Made by a program: the position numbers and the translations under genes
From: a virus
Taxonomy: Duplodnaviria; Caudoviricetes
DNA: 30,007 nt
IMG/VR virus record: IMGVR_UViG_3300031857_000969
Coordinates: 1-30,007 of that record
Strand: one strand, 5' to 3'
In this document: piece by piece, positions 28,338-30,007 of the stretch
Position numbering within the stretch: position 1 is the first letter of the stretch
How the letters are laid out: the number at the start of each line of letters is the position of its first letter
Notes under the pieces: model-generated
Told to the model about the DNA's origin: nothing
Database searches by the model: none
Seen by the model: the letters and a program-made list of their open reading frames with translations, nothing else

Positions 28338-28831
28338 CGGTAGCCCCAACGGTGCGCCAGGCGATCAGCAGCGCCACGACGAAACAGCCGCCAGCGATCA
28401 CGGTACACACGAGCCACATGACCGCCCCCAGCAACGAACAACACCGCGAGTTCCGCGGCGTAAAACACGTTATTGGCGAAGATATACTGACGAAGCGCGG
28501 GAATGCTACCGTCGCCGCGTGACCAAAACCACGCATGGATCGCACACTGGGCGACAAAACACAGGCCAAGCGCGGCTTTCCACCATTCCCGTTTGGCGCG
28601 GTACGCCCCGAAACAAAGGGCGGCGCAGAGCGCGTCCTGCAATGGGTAAAACGACATGGACCAGGGCGGGTCCAGAAAAACGCTAACGGCCCGCGAAAAA
28701 CCGGCGAAAACGACGACAACGGACGCTGCGTAATAGACCTCTAGCGCGCGTTCTGTGAGGCGGCCGGCGAGCATGGCCAGCCCGAAAGTCGCCAAGGTGC
28801 AGACCGAAAAGGTGACCCCGACCACGCCCAC
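28334..28831 (-). CDS. Multi-pass membrane protein (~5 TM), unknown function
   Basis: Several hydrophobic helices; abuts neighbours on both sides. Confidence 0.65.
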   Translation of the reverse strand: MGVVGVTFSVCTLATFGLAMLAGRLTERALEVYYAASVVVVFAGFSRAVSVFLDPPWSMSFYPLQDALCAALCFGAYRAKREWWKAALGLCFVAQCAIHAWFWSRGDGSIPALRQYIFANNVFYAAELAVLFVAGGGHVARVYRDRWRLFRRGAADRLAHRWGYR

Positions 28832-28833
28832 GA

Positions 28834-29040
28834 TTACGGGCGTCCCGGCGCGGGCTTGTCGTCGCCACCAGAACGGTCGTTTGCCGGAATGCCCTGCGAT
28901 TCGGCCAGATCATCGGCGAACACTTCAAGTTCGCTTCGAAGCGCCGCCAGCACGCGCTCCAAGCGGTGGAATTTGTGGCGAACCCGCGCTTCCACTTCGA
29001 TTAGTTGAGCTGGCGTCATCTGAGGCTCCGCTTCGATCAC
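28834..29040 (-). CDS. Hypothetical 68-aa protein
   Basis: Helical body with SGGDDKP tail; ends 2 nt before the membrane gene. Confidence 0.55.
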   Translation of the reverse strand: MIEAEPQMTPAQLIEVEARVRHKFHRLERVLAALRSELEVFADDLAESQGIPANDRSGGDDKPAPGRP

Positions 29041-29224
29041 GTCTCGCGTTGTGCCCCCGCAAGCGACGTCACGTCAAGACCCCCGGATCGGGGCGCTGCA
29101 TTCGCCACACCACCAGCGACCAGAAAGCCCCGACGCCGGCGTATCGCATCGCGGACAGTTCGGGCCGTCACGCGGGGCGCGACGCGACGGCCGATCAGCG
29201 ACCAACAGCCGCTGGGTGCGAACG

Positions 29225-29515
29225 TCAGCCCGCGTCATCGATCAGTCGCCGCGCTTCGTCGCCCAGACCGCCGGCCGTCGCCAGCGCCAACAGCGTCCGA
29301 CCCGTTTCCGGCGTAATCGGGAAATGGCCGACCGCTTCCCGGTACAGCGTGTCCTTGTCGGCCCAATACCTAAAGATCGCCCCGGTCGACAGGCCAGCCG
29401 CGCGAGCAAGCTCCCGAGCGGTGACGTCGGCGTACGGATGGGCGTCGAACATCGCTCGCGCCGTGTCCAGAATATGCGCACGCGTCGCTTGGGCTTTTGT
29501 TTCGCGCCGGGTCAC
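29225..29515 (-). CDS. Short TetR/AcrR-family HTH protein
   Basis: TRAHILDTARAMF...YADVTARELARAAGLSTGAIFRYWADKDTLY; only ~35 aa follow the HTH. Confidence 0.88.
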   Translation of the reverse strand: MTRRETKAQATRAHILDTARAMFDAHPYADVTARELARAAGLSTGAIFRYWADKDTLYREAVGHFPITPETGRTLLALATAGGLGDEARRLIDDAG

Positions 29516-29905
29516 GCGGCCTCCACAATCTGCAAAAACAATTCACGTTGGGCGGCATCGGCGGCGGCACGGGCATCGGCGGCGGCATAGGCGGCGGTAC
29601 GGGCGGCATAGACGGCGGCCCAGGCGGCGGCATCGGCGGCGGCACGGGCATCGGCGGCGGCATCGGCGGCGGCGGCGGCGGCGGCGGTACGGGCGGCATC
29701 GGCGGCGGCATAGGCGGCGGCACGGGCGGCATCGGCGGCGGCATAGGCGGCATCGGCGGCACGGGCGGCGGCACGGGCGGCGGCGGCGGCGGCGGCCAAA
29801 CGATTCGCCTCACTCGGATCGTCCAGCCACGCCTGTGTCGCGTCCAGAGCGCCCTGAACGCGAGGGTCAGTGTTCAGATGCGCCACCGCTCGGGCGCATC
29901 CCAGA
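29503..29905. repeat. Right arm of long imperfect inverted repeat (partner 1..361)
   Basis: Reverse complement matches the window start. The outer limit cannot be seen because the left arm runs off the window. Confidence 0.95.
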
Positions 29906-30007
29906 GCGAACAGGACGCATTCCCGTTTCCGGCCCAGCTTCCCGAGGACCCAGAGCAGGTCTGCGACCGTTGCCCCGGCGTCCAGGGCCTGCCGGGCCGT
30001 CAGGGAC
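29512..30007 (-). CDS. Ala-repeat protein, 5'-truncated by window edge (Imm5-like N-terminus)
   Basis: Frame is open to the edge: SLTARQALDAGATVADLLWVLGKLGRKRECVLFALGCARAVAHLNTDPRV... then Ala repeats. Confidence 0.78.
   Translation of the reverse strand, partial: SLTARQALDAGATVADLLWVLGKLGRKRECVLFALGCARAVAHLNTDPRVQGALDATQAWLDDPSEANRLAAAAAAARAAARAADAAYAAADAARAAAYAAADAARTAAAAAAADAAADARAAADAAAWAAVYAARTAAYAAADARAAADAAQRELFLQIVEAA

Noticed and set aside
1-29905. Diversity-generating retroelement TR/VR pair
   Set aside because: Differences between the copies are repeat-unit changes and mostly C/T synonymous substitutions, not adenine-specific; no reverse transcriptase in the window.

Overview
GC-rich tailed-phage DNA (contractile-tail myovirus; an alphaproteobacterial host is plausible but inferred). 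About 1.6-29.0 kb is one tightly packed minus-strand late region. In transcription order it holds membrane genes, holin, a Tlde1/DUF2778-type endolysin and spanins; TerL, portal and a gp7-like protein; a five-gene fibre/head-spike insert; protease/scaffold, decoration protein and major capsid; then neck, sheath, tube, frameshifted chaperones, tape measure with lysozyme, baseplate and tail fibre. Two inverted, diverged copies of an Ala-repeat gene bracket the block. Most notable: (1) a C5 DNA methyltransferase locus with two fully overlapping frames, the second carrying motif IX and five tandem WPTP modules that may be target-recognition cassettes; (2) a ~60-70 aa Thr/Gly-rich module inserted six times into four unrelated virion proteins, twice nested inside itself, with 50-bp identical tracts between genes; (3) the inverted duplication with variable Ala repeats. 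Family assignments come from recognising motifs and gene order by eye; no searches were run.
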